Below are positions 1-10,412 of a stretch of 52,983 nucleotides of DNA, piece by piece; the stretch's first letter is position 1; the number at the start of each line of letters is the position of its first letter. Origin of the DNA: Octopus bimaculoides (lineage: Eukaryota); NCBI RefSeq assembly GCF_001194135.2, contig NC_068987.1, forward strand, positions 86,236,705 through 86,289,687. The letters are read 5' to 3'. Below the pieces are notes generated by a model. The model ran no database searches. It had not been told where the DNA came from and was given only the letters and a program-made list of their open reading frames with translations. The position numbers and the translations under genes are program-made.

Positions 1-22
1 ATATGTGTGTGTGTGTGTGTGC

Positions 23-58
<36 letters not shown>

Positions 59-194
59 GTGTGTGTATATATATCTATATTATATATATATATCTTTGCA
101 AAATGTTTTACACATAAATTCATATGCATGTATTTACATGATATGATGTGTATCTTACACAATATTTATAGACACACACATGTATATACATGCA

Positions 195-226
<32 letters not shown>

Positions 227-232
227 GTTGTT
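1..232. repeat. Compound (TG)n/(TA)n microsatellite
   Basis: Direct reading of dinucleotide runs. Confidence 0.95.
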
Positions 233-997
233 GGTATATATGACACATTGTGTTCTTTCTGACTTAAGCAGTTTCCAACAGTTTAAATCTTTTCAGCGAT
301 GCCTATTGATAATTGATAATAGTATCAGAGAATTTCAACGCTATTATATCCCACCTAGTAGCAAGGTTTTTTTGTTTTTTTTTTGCCTCCACGCAATGCA
401 GGCGTAGTCTTTCTAAAGGGGCTGCAACAATTTTTTTTTTACTTCACACGGAAGATTTTTAGAAAGCTACGAAATTGGTCCATCCCCTTAAAAACCCCAT
501 CATGTAAACATCGAAACACTTCTCTTTACACTCCATTATATACGAATAGTTGCTACTTGGTCACTCTTATATCACAGTTGCCATGTGAAATATGGTGCAC
601 TTTTGCTACAAATCCATCCTATTTCATATCTGCTGGAAACTCGATGCTCTTCATTGAACCTATTCACTATAATCCTCCAAAGATACCACCATCTCTGCAC
701 TGGTGATATGTGCTTCTGCTGCATACGGCCATAAAGACATGCAAAGTGTTGTATGTAATTACCGAATGTTTCAGCAACACGAGTGTTTTCTCCAAATCAG
801 TTGAAGAATATATATAGTTTTCAAAACTGTTATTAATATTGTATATGTATCTATTGAGCTGAGAGCTGTTGAAACATATTCTGGTAACAATTTTTAAGGA
901 CTGACTGTAATAAATGGAAACTTCACACGGGAATATTCATATCTACCTAGTGGAAAACATTTGCATTTGATAACGATTCTGTATATTTTGATCAAGC

Positions 998-1112
998 AAG
1001 CGAGTAGGGAGAATAGCTAGTATGCCGGGGAAAATGCTTAGTGGCATTACGTCCCGAGTTCAAATTCCGTCGAGGTCGACTTTGTTTTTCATTTTCTGTG
1101 TTGATGAAAAGG
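998..1112 (+). mobile_element. SINE family C, degenerate 5' part
   Basis: AAATGCTTAG...GAGTTCAAATTCCGTCGAGGTCGACTTTG matches the better copies at 26402 and 42575. Confidence 0.7.
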
Positions 1113-1382
1113 TTGTCATAATAGTACTCGAAGTTTCGAATGTCAGAGCCAAGAGCTAATATGCATACTCGTCGGCTATTAATGGCAATAGACGCTATGT
1201 AAAACCGTAGAATAAAAAGTAAGTTACTCTAATAGGTAGAAAAAGAAGTATGTATGAGTACGTACATACACATATATGTTGTGCGTGTGTATGTGTATAT
1301 ACGTAAACATGTTTGTGTGAGTGTGTACGTATGTAGACGTTGTGAACGCACGTGGTTTATGTGTATATAATGTGAGAATGAC

Positions 1383-1765
1383 GAGGTGCAATGGGCCAGT
1401 GGTGAGGGTGGCGCACTCGCGATCGTAGGATCGCGGTTTCGATTCCCAGACCGGGCGTTGTGAGTGTTTATTGAGCGAAAACACCTAAAGCTCCACGATG
1501 CTCCGGCAGTGGGGAGGCGAACCCTGCTGTACTCTTTCACCACAACTTTCTCTCATTCTATCTTCCTGTTTCTGTTGTACCTGTGTCTCAAAGAGGCCAA
1601 CCTTGTCACACTCTGTGTCACGCTGAATCTCCCCCGAGAACTACATTAAGGGTACACATGTCTGTGGAGTGCTCAGCCACTTGCACGTTAATTTCACGAG
1701 CAGGCTGTTCCGTTGATCGGATCAACTGGAACCCATGTCGTCGTAAGCGACGGAGTGCCAACCAA
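1383..1765 (+). mobile_element. SINE family A, full length, tRNA-derived
   Basis: A-box-like TGGGCCAGTGG and B-box-like GGTTTCGATTCC. Colinear with the inverted copy at 12578-12962. Flanked by a 9-bp direct repeat AATGTGAGA (1369-1377 and 1765-1773), a probable TSD. Confidence 0.9.
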
Positions 1766-1859
1766 ATGTGAGAGTATGGTTGCAATGTTTATCTTTTTCT
1801 TTTTTCTTTCTAAATATTAGAGCAACTTCCCTTTTATCAACCTTTTTTCATAGCGTCTG

Positions 1860-2191
1860 TTGCCATAAATCGCCGACGAGAGTGCATCTTAACTCCTCAC
1901 TCCGACGTTCGGAACTCCTAGTACTACATCGTTAAACTTGTACTGTTTGTTTTGAATTATAACATGTATATGTTTGTATGTATTCCACAATGTAACCTCG
2001 TGGATATCGTTGGCAATTTTTTCCTCCGTCTTTCCCATCTTTGGACTTTCTTTGTTTCCGACGAAGAGCTCCGCTCGAAACGTCATGTTCTCTCTCTTTC
2101 CTTTCCCGAGCGTCTAGTAACACAATCTGTATCACGACCTCACGTTGTTGCTTTTTGTTGTTGTTTTTGTGTCTTTTTCCTTTTTTGAAAC

Positions 2192-2192
<1 letters not shown>
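1860..2192 (+). mobile_element. Penelope-like element 3' end (pLTR-like) with hammerhead-like motif
   Basis: Weak, frameshifted RRRE...TFGT.S...LN resemblance to a GIY-YIG C-terminus, then CCGACGA-A-GAGC-tcc-GCTC-GAAA-CGTC, then a pyrimidine-rich tail. Related segments lie at 3955-4065 and 21295-21445. Confidence 0.55.
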
Positions 2193-2233
<41 letters not shown>

Positions 2234-2594
2234 TACACTTATATATATNNNNNNNNNNNNNNNNNNNNNNNNNNNNNNNNNNNNNNNNNNNNNNNNNNNN
2301 NNNNNNNNNNNNNNNNNNNNNNNNNNNNNNNNNNNNNNNNNNNNNNNNNNNNNNNNNNNNNNNNNNNNNNNNNNNNNNNNNNNNNNNNNNNNNNNNNNNN
2401 NNNNNNNNNNNNNNNNNNNNNNNNNNNNNNNNNNNNNNNNNNNNNNNNNNNNNNNNNNNNNNNNNNNNNNNNNNNNNNNNNNNNNNNNNNNNNNNNNNNN
2501 NNNNNNNNNNNNNNNNNNNNNNNNNNNNNNNNNNNNNNNNNNNNNNNNNNNNNNNNNNNNNNNNNNNNTATATATATACTTATATATATATACT

Positions 2595-2632
<38 letters not shown>

Positions 2633-3663
2633 AACACAAACATGCAGGTATGAATGTATATAAAATCTTGAAACTGAAATCTATCGCGCTACTTTTGATA
2701 TTTCATGGTTTTAACACCTAATGAAATTCCAAGGAATGAAGATATACATAAATCTGACTATAAACAGGCGTTAGTCTCAAATTACTTTTCATTTTATCAC
2801 TTTCTCTGAACATGGTAACTGTTTGCAATTCAACTTATACGTGGTATGATCGAATGGGTTTTCCGTTCCATTTTATATTTGACAAAAAGGATTGATAAAT
2901 CGTATACATACATGCATATATACATACACAAACACACAGGCACACACACCCATATATTTATATATATATATATATAACATGCGTTAGAAAAAGTTCAATT
3001 GAACAGAGAAAACTTAACGAAATTTTAGTGGAATTTGTTAGTGGAAGTGTTTTAGTTCTGTGTGAAATGCAAGTATCGCCATTTAATATTTTAGTTTTGT
3101 GACGATATACTCTAACGACTATGTCAATGCTAATAAATAAGAGCATTTATATTCATGTATAAGAAAAAGAAGCTGTAAAAGATCTGCCATACGTAGTTTG
3201 CCACTAATCGCAAACGCACACATACAATCACGAACTCGTGTATTTGTCTGTGTGGTGTGTTCTTTTTTATTTGCGTTCGACTTACTTACTTGTGATTTCA
3301 TGTATATATACAATTAAGTTCTTCTTCCAGCACTATTATATTATACGTGTGAAATATCTGTAATGATTGATGAGCGTGAATTTCACAACATGTTTTTACT
3401 CTGAAACTTTTAAAAGAAGTTTTAACTATTTCAATTCATTTCATTCTAAGTAAAAACGAATCCATTACTTACAATAAGTTTTGAATACATGAAATTCTCC
3501 ATGTTCCATGAGATATCCCCAGTTAATGAAACAGATACAAAATTGTATTGTGTATATGTTTCAGTCAGAAATGCAAAACAAACCGTATTAAGGACGAATT
3601 TATCAAATGTATGTTTTGTATTGTTTCTGATACCAAATATCGTGAGATGCTATTTTGCGTGTT

Positions 3664-3792
3664 TGCCGGTTACGGCGAAGCGGATTCCAGTTGATCCAAG
3701 CAACTGATCGGAAAATGAACGTCTAAGTGACTGAGCGCTCCGAAGACACGTTTACCCATATGATAAACCTCAAGAAATGTGACAATGCTGGC
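3664..3792 (-). mobile_element. SINE family A-related 3' fragment, diverged
   Basis: GCCGGTTACG...GGATTCCAGTTGATCC...GTGACTGAGCGCTCC.AAGACACGT aligns to 12593-12700. Confidence 0.75.
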
Positions 3793-3879
3793 GCTTCTAA
3801 ATGCAGCTATTCCTCCATTTTACCAGCTGAGTGGATCGCACTTGAGATGAAATCAAGTGTCATGCCCCAAAACACGCAA

Positions 3880-3892
3880 ACACACACACACA

Positions 3893-3950
<58 letters not shown>
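3880..3950. repeat. (CA)n/(TA)n microsatellite
   Basis: Direct reading. Confidence 0.95.
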
Positions 3951-3954
3951 GTAA

Positions 3955-4065
3955 ATCCCCAAAAAGACGAAGAACAAACACAGAAAAACAACGCGAAGAC
4001 GTATTACATGTAAATTATTCGCAGACGCTGAGGGACGGAAAGAAAGATAAATAAAAGGGGAGAAG
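3955..4065 (-). mobile_element. Second copy of the PLE-tail repeat (post-hammerhead part only)
   Basis: The reverse complement aligns to 2095-2190 (AGCGTCT...TGTA..ACG.C.TC.CGTTGTT...GTCTTTTT...ACTATATA). Confidence 0.6.
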
Positions 4066-4514
4066 AGGAAGGGTACAAGGTGTAAAAGAAAATACAAAAA
4101 TTATCAAATGCAAGATAAAAAATAAGGAATGAATTATAAAAATTAGAGGGATAAAATAGAAATTAATACAATTATAAAAAAAAATAATGCAATTAAAACC
4201 GATAGACGGAAAGAAAACGAGAAAAAATCGAGAAAAGTATAACAAGTAAGTAGGTATGAGGGAGGATGAAATGCGATGTGTGTGTGTGTTAATTGCTATA
4301 AGAGAAGATGGCCAACGAATGTGCCATGCAGTGGCAACATGTGGCAATACGTGGCTGTGAACCAAGCCTCTTACCACATAGCTCCATCTGTGCCTGTGCC
4401 CCTTTTAACTCCAATCCTTGCGAAATACTGAGTTTAATATTCTTCTAGAACATAAAGAACATTGAACAGCTACACATTGATACATATTTTTGTTGAGTTA
4501 ACCGTGTAGTAAGT

Positions 4515-4753
4515 GAGGCGTGTGGTTCAGTTGATAGCAAATTACACTCAGGACTCATGAGGATCTGGACGACGTGTTGAGTTCTTGAGCTGGGCTGGGC
4601 GATGTGTTGAGTTTTTGAGCTGGGCCAGGTGATGTGTTGAGTTCTTGAGCTGGGTCGGTTGATGTGTCGAGTTCCTGAGCAACGCTCATCATTTCACGTT
4701 GCTCCACTCCACAACATGCATGACACAGAATCATAGAAACCGGCATTATAATG
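4515..4753 (+). mobile_element. SINE family D with an internal 30-bp tandem amplification
   Basis: Head GAGGCGTGTGGTTCAG, about four 30-bp units (4565-4680), then CATTTCACGTTGCTCCA and GAAACCGGC as in the copy at 41440. Confidence 0.75.
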
Positions 4754-5603
4754 CTATGGATTGGGTGGGATCACTTTTTTTCCTTTTACCAGTGTATTAT
4801 GTTTTTTCCTTCCGTGCTGTACTTTGGTAAGAAATATGTCAATATATTTTAGCCTATTCTCTACTCATCGATGGATGTAAGTATGTCTTCGTATAAAATT
4901 TATAAATGGACAGATAGAATCATCGACCACATTAGATTGTATCTTGTGTTGAGAGTATGTCCACTTTCCCGCTCTTTCCCTTTCTCTAATAAATTATGTC
5001 ATTGCCACAAAACACTTATACTGCACCAATAAATCATTTATGTAATGCAGTCTACAACGCGTTACATGAGTAAACAAGTTTATCCCATTTACTTAAGACG
5101 TAGCAACAGAACTTTCAAAAATGTTGTTTCCCTGGACACAAATAAGGATATTCTGTCGTTGGTGAAAGTCAAAAACACTATTGAGATTACTATCAACCAA
5201 TACGTCTTTCATCTATCCATGAGTATATTCTATATGAAACCAAGATATTTGAATCATTTTATAAAATGTATGTTGGATAAAATCTAAATCCTTTTCAAGA
5301 GAAGTCTGTACTAGTTACTTCATTGGATGGTCAGATATCAGTTTTTACCTGGACAGAATCAATGCATTTAATAAAAGGAAGAGTTGAAATTAAAACGTAC
5401 AAGATTTCACATCTCTCGCCTCAATCCTTTATAATCAGCCACTGAACTTTTGAACCCACCCTCATAGATATGTGACGAAGAAATGGTTTCTGTTTAGCAG
5501 TTGTTTTTTCCAGATAGAAAAAAGTACTTCTGTCACGTTATAATTGTACATGGGAGCATTAAAATCGAGTCTGATGTATCCAGAATGATTATGTATGATT
5601 TAC

Positions 5604-6295
5604 ATAGGAGTGGCTGTGTGGTAAGTAGCTTGCTCACCAACCACATAGTTCCGGGTTCAGTCCCATTGCGTGGCACCTTGGGCAGGTGTCTTCTACTATA
5701 GCCTCGAGCTGACCAAAGCCTTGTGAGTGGATTTGGTAGACGGAAACTGAAATAGGCCCGTCGTACATGGGTATAAGTATATATATATATATATATATAT
5801 ATNNNNNNNNNNNNNNNNNNNNNNNNNNNNNNNNNNNNNNNNNNNNNNNNNNNNNNNNNNNNNNNNNNNNNNNNNNNNNNNNNNNNNNNNNNNNNNNNNN
5901 NNNNNNNNNNNNNNNNNNNNNNNNNNNNNNNNNNNNNNNNNNNNNNNNNNNNNNNNNNNNNNNNNNNNNNNNNNNNNNNNNNNNNNNNNNNNNNNNNNNN
6001 NNNNNNNNNNNNNNNNNNNNNNNNNNNNNNNNNNNNNNNNNNNNNNNACGTGTGTGTGTGTGTGCGTGTGTGTGTGTGTGTGTTTGTGTATCTGTGTTTG
6101 TCCCTCCAACATCGCTTGACACACGATGCTGGTGTGTTTACATCCCCGTAACATAGCGATTCGGCAAAAGAGACGATAGATTAAGTACTAGTGTTACAAA
6201 GAATAAGTCCCGGGGTCGATTTGCTCGACTGAAGGCGGTGCTTCAGCATGGCCGCAGTCAAATGACTGAAACAAGTAAAAGAGTAAAAAAAGAGT
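5604..6295 (+). mobile_element. SINE family B, bipartite with central microsatellite (gap inside)
   Basis: tRNA-like head (TGGCTGTGTGG, GGTTCAGTCCC), (TA)n, gap, (TG)n, then the tail CCCCGTAAC...GGGGTCGATTTGCTCGACT...CAGCATGGCCGCAGTCAAATGACTGAAAC and an A-rich end. Confidence 0.9.
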
Positions 6296-7026
6296 ATACC
6301 TAAGAAAGCCCTCTGTGCAAAGGTCGAATGACTTCTGTATAGAATCTGGTTATTCGGAATGTAATTGACGCTAAACTTCAAAACTTCCCAATTCCTTTAA
6401 ATAAACAGACTATATAATGTACAGCCGTTGCTACATCACTATAATGAAAACTTATAAGCGAAGGGACATTAAGTACTACTTCAGTAGAATCGTACAAATG
6501 AAACTTAGATTTTATTTTCACTGCATTCTATACACTAATTTTTCTAAGAAATGAATTTGACATTGAAGTATGTATCTTCTACCCTGTCTATTGATATCTC
6601 ACTCTTGCAGGAAGAGTTGTAGGTATGTAACTGATATAAGTAGAAATAATATATAAAGTCTGCCAATACCTATATTTCACTTCATTTATGACATGTTTAT
6701 GAGCAGGTTTATTCCCTTTAGCAATACCAGGAGCTATATTCACTTGATGGATTTGTAAAAGTTTGAATTCACCTGCAACTTATTGATTAAACTTGATATA
6801 CTCTGCCTTGTGCTTTAGACGCTGCTTTCACTTTTTCTTTGCAATAACCAGTCTATCCATGCTGTAGTAAGTCGAATACATGATCTAAATATTGCTTTGA
6901 TGATTGGTTATTTCGATCTACACAGTTTTACATTGTAAGTATATACGACACGGTGTATAATCTACATTTCAACGTCTTGCTGCATATCTCCAGGCTTTGG
7001 TATACCACATCATGTATGTTTTAAAG

Positions 7027-7070
<44 letters not shown>

Positions 7071-8505
7071 GATTAGTGTTCAAATTGTCAGTCTTGCCTT
7101 TCTATCCTAATTGATATCTGATGCCTAAAGTAAAGATATAAATTATATCGGTCTTCAAGATTCAGTATAAAATTATATTTACGAATCGCCTTTGGTGGCG
7201 AAATAAAATATATATGTAATACTTAGTCATCGAATCTTTAAAATTACAGTAGCATTTGCGGTGCATCAAGGCCTTCAACAATTTGAGACCTAAAACGGAA
7301 AACGGATTGATTTTGAAATGCAACGTTTACATATACCCGCACGTGCGCACACACACAAAATAGGAAAATATGTAATACATGCTTAAACGCAACTTTAATG
7401 TACGAAACCAAAGAAGAAACTCAAACTACGAAAAGATATAATTGCAAATCGTTGCAGTTTACAATACTGGAAGCCTAATAATTTAGAATGAGGATCCTTA
7501 ATATGATGTGGACATGGTGACGCCAGTCACATATTACGGGGCAGAGGGTAGTTTAAGCAGAATCTTACAAATATCTTGATGCAGTTTAACTGGGTGCTTT
7601 GTCACATTAAAGTTTTTAGCTTAGAATTGCTTTCAAAGCCAGAAAATGTGGTTAGATAAATGGGAGAATAATATGTAAATACGAAGGAAGTTTTCAAACA
7701 CGAAGTTGAAAGCGATTGACGTTCGCATGCGTGAGAAGCAAATTTTGGAGAAGTAAAATTTTCAAAACAATGTGAAAGAGAAAGTGAGAGAGGGAGACAA
7801 AGAGAGGGAGAGAGATAAATAGCAGAGATCGAAATAGAGAGATTGAATATTAAGAGGCTGGCATGAATTGATGGCAATCGACCCTATATATAATCCATTC
7901 AAAGGATATTTGGTTGATCCAAGAATCCGTTCTTTTTATGAGATGTCACCACGGCTTGGAGATTTTAATTTAGCGATAGGACAGTGACATAAATAAAGAA
8001 TAGCTAAAGATAAACAGAATATGGTCTATTATTCTTACTTATGCTAAATATTTTCTAATATACTTATATATAATTGCAATATCTGAGTTTGAAACTATTA
8101 GTAGAGAAACATTTTTCATTATCTATTGGAAATATAAGCACGAACACGTAACAGAAGAACAGACAATATACGATTTCATTCCATTTTCAATACATGTGAG
8201 TCTCTTTATGATCGAACCGCATTGATTGAAACCTTTGAATAAAAGAACCTCATCTGGATTCTCAACGTTTCTTTGTAACCGTATCTCTGCAAAGCAACAT
8301 TTCCCTGTAACGAATCCATTATAATTATACTTTAAAGTAATACTATAATATTCATTCGATCAAAGGCGAAATAATACGACAGTCCTGGCTTGCATATCGT
8401 TCAAGAAATCGGGAAAAAAGCCTTTGGATCAGCCTTTTATAAAGATCATGATAAATTAGAACCTCTCATAAGACAGTTCCTGCTTTTAATATTTACATCA
8501 CGATT

Positions 8506-8722
8506 AAGGCGGTGAGCTGGCAGAACCGTTGCGAGCCTCGCGAAATTCTTAACGGTATTTGGTCTGTCTTTACGTTCTGAATTCAACTTCCGCTGGGGTC
8601 AACTTTGCATTTTATCCTTTCGAGGGTCGATTAAATAAGTAACAGATGTGCATTGGGATGGACGAATTCGACTTGACCTCCCCTCCAAAATATTTGACCT
8701 TGTGCCAAAATATGAAATCAAT
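8506..8722 (+). mobile_element. SINE family C
   Basis: AAGGCGGTGAGCTGGCAGAA head and GGTCAACTTTGCATTTTATCCTTTCGAGGGTCG core. CACGATTAAGGC is repeated at 8499 and 8731. Confidence 0.85.
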
Positions 8723-8737
8723 GTTCGCAGCACGATT

Positions 8738-8790
8738 AAGGCTGAATTGGCAAGATCGTTAGCATGCCACGCAAAATGCTTCGGGTCAGT
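8738..8790 (+). mobile_element. SINE family C head fragment
   Basis: AAGGCTGAATTGGCAAGATCGTTAGCATGCCACGCAAAATGCTT. Confidence 0.7.
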
Positions 8791-8798
8791 TCGATCAG

Positions 8799-8903
8799 CG
8801 GCTATAGTAGAAGACATTTTCCCAAGGTGCAACGCAGTGGGTCTGAACCGGAAGCCGTGTGAACAGGAAGCAAACTTCTTATCAGAGACCCATACTCGCC
8901 CCT
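8799..8903 (-). mobile_element. SINE family B head
   Basis: GCTATAGTAGAAGACA..TTCCCAAGGTGC.ACGCAGTGGG.CTGAACC is the reverse complement of the B head. Confidence 0.8.
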
Positions 8904-8949
8904 ACAGCATAAATTTTCTTAATAAACTTAGGACTGCAGTATCCAAAAT

Positions 8950-9091
8950 GTAAGAAGCTAGATTCCGAATCACTTGGTTTCGGGTTCAGTACTACTGCAA
9001 AGCACCTTGGGCACGTGTTTTCCAGTATATCTTACTGCCGACCAAAGTCTTGCGAGTAGACAAAAAAACAAAAGAAGCCCGTCGTATATAT
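8950..9091 (+). mobile_element. SINE family B head, interrupted after its (TA) run
   Basis: GGGTTCAGT...GCACCTTGGGCA...GACCAAAG...AAGAAGCCCGTCGTATATAT. Confidence 0.75.
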
Positions 9092-9883
9092 TGTTACGAA
9101 CGCCCGCACGCGAAGCACCTCCTTAACACAAACAGGGGACTCGCGCGCGCGCGAACGTTTACACTCAGTGAGCTAGCAACTCGTCTCGGTCACCTGACCG
9201 ATAATAAAGCCCTGGCTGGAGCACGTAACGAAGAACAACACAGGCAAAAGGAGGGGAGGAAGAAACAACACGAAGATCATGCGTTGGGTAACCTTTTCTT
9301 TTTACATAACATCAAAAACATGAGAATAAAGCATTACATAAACATGAGAATACATTTCAAAACATTACATAACAGTTCAATAGCATATAATGCTGTGACA
9401 TTGCGTGAACATAATCAAGGGTTTGCTATCATTAAGTCCATCAAAAGTTCTTTCTTTTCTTTGTTTTCTCTTTTCAGTCACACATGTAAAAGTTCTTTCT
9501 CTTTCAAGTTAAAATTACAGTTAAGTATTTTTCTTTATACATCAAACAAATACATTTCTTGGAAGAATATTTGTAACACACCTTTGCTGTACTCAATTCG
9601 TTTCTTTCACAAAACTATAATCTAAGAGGTAAACAACTGACTACTGCCATCGCATTTGGCTGCCAGTATCCCATCTCTCTGTCCCTCTCTCTCTCTGGGA
9701 CTCTATGCGTTTCTGCTGACCATAGCTTTCTCTTTGTCAGGCTTATTCTTCATCTTCATCTCTGCACAACTGCTTTGGACGACCGCTACCACTCGACCGA
9801 CTATCTCTTTCTCATCTTCACTTCATCTCACTCGACTGGCCCCATCTCCACGGGCAAACTGCTATCTCCCAACTGCTTCGGCT
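9092..9883. mobile_element. LTR-like insertion, other end hidden in the gap
   Basis: Begins TGTTACGA exactly at the SINE-B (TA) run, is compositionally distinct (CpG-rich first 150 bp) and is non-coding. The SINE-B tail resumes after the gap. Confidence 0.4.
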
Positions 9884-10122
9884 NNNNNNNNNNNNNNNNN
9901 NNNNNNNNNNNNNNNNNNNNNNNNNNNNNNNNNNNNNNNNNNNNNNNNNNNNNNNNNNNNNNNNNNNNNNNNNNNNNNNNNNNNNNNNNNNNNNNNNNNN
10001 NNNNNNNNNNNNNNNNNNNNNNNNNNNNNNNNNNNNNNNNNNNNNNNNNNNNNNNNNNNNNNNNNNNNNNNNNNNNNNNNNNNNNNNNNNNNNNNNNNNN
10101 NNNNNNNNNNNNNNNNNNNNNN

Positions 10123-10156
<34 letters not shown>

Positions 10157-10412
10157 TTTGTGTGTGTGTGTGTGTGTATGTGTGTGTGTGTGTGTGCTTC
10201 ATTCTATCTGCGTTTGTCTCTTCGCCACCGATTGACAACGGGAGCTGGTGTGTTTGTATCCCAGATACTTAGCAGTTCGTCAAAACAGTTCAGATAAAAT
10301 GAGTACCAGGTTTAAAAAGAGAAGTAATGGGGTCGATTTGTTCACTAAAATGTCAAGGCTGTGCCCCAGCATGGCCGCAGTCTAATGACTGAAAAAAGTA
10401 AAAGGATAAAAT
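10123..10412 (+). mobile_element. SINE family B (TG)n and 3' half
   Basis: TTGACAACGGGAGCTGGTGTGTTT...GGGGTCGATTTGTTC...CAGCATGGCCGCAGTCTAATGACTGAAA. Confidence 0.85.

Noticed and set aside
383-830. ORF 383-706 and protein-like antisense frames
   Set aside because: No recognisable motif in any frame, and stops occur in the alternative frames.
1383-1460. tRNA-like heads considered as real tRNA genes
   Set aside because: They continue into SINE bodies with TSDs and lack complete cloverleaf 3' ends.
4565-4680. Regularly spaced repeat considered as CRISPR-like
   Set aside because: The units are head-to-tail with no spacers and derive from a SINE, and the context is eukaryotic.
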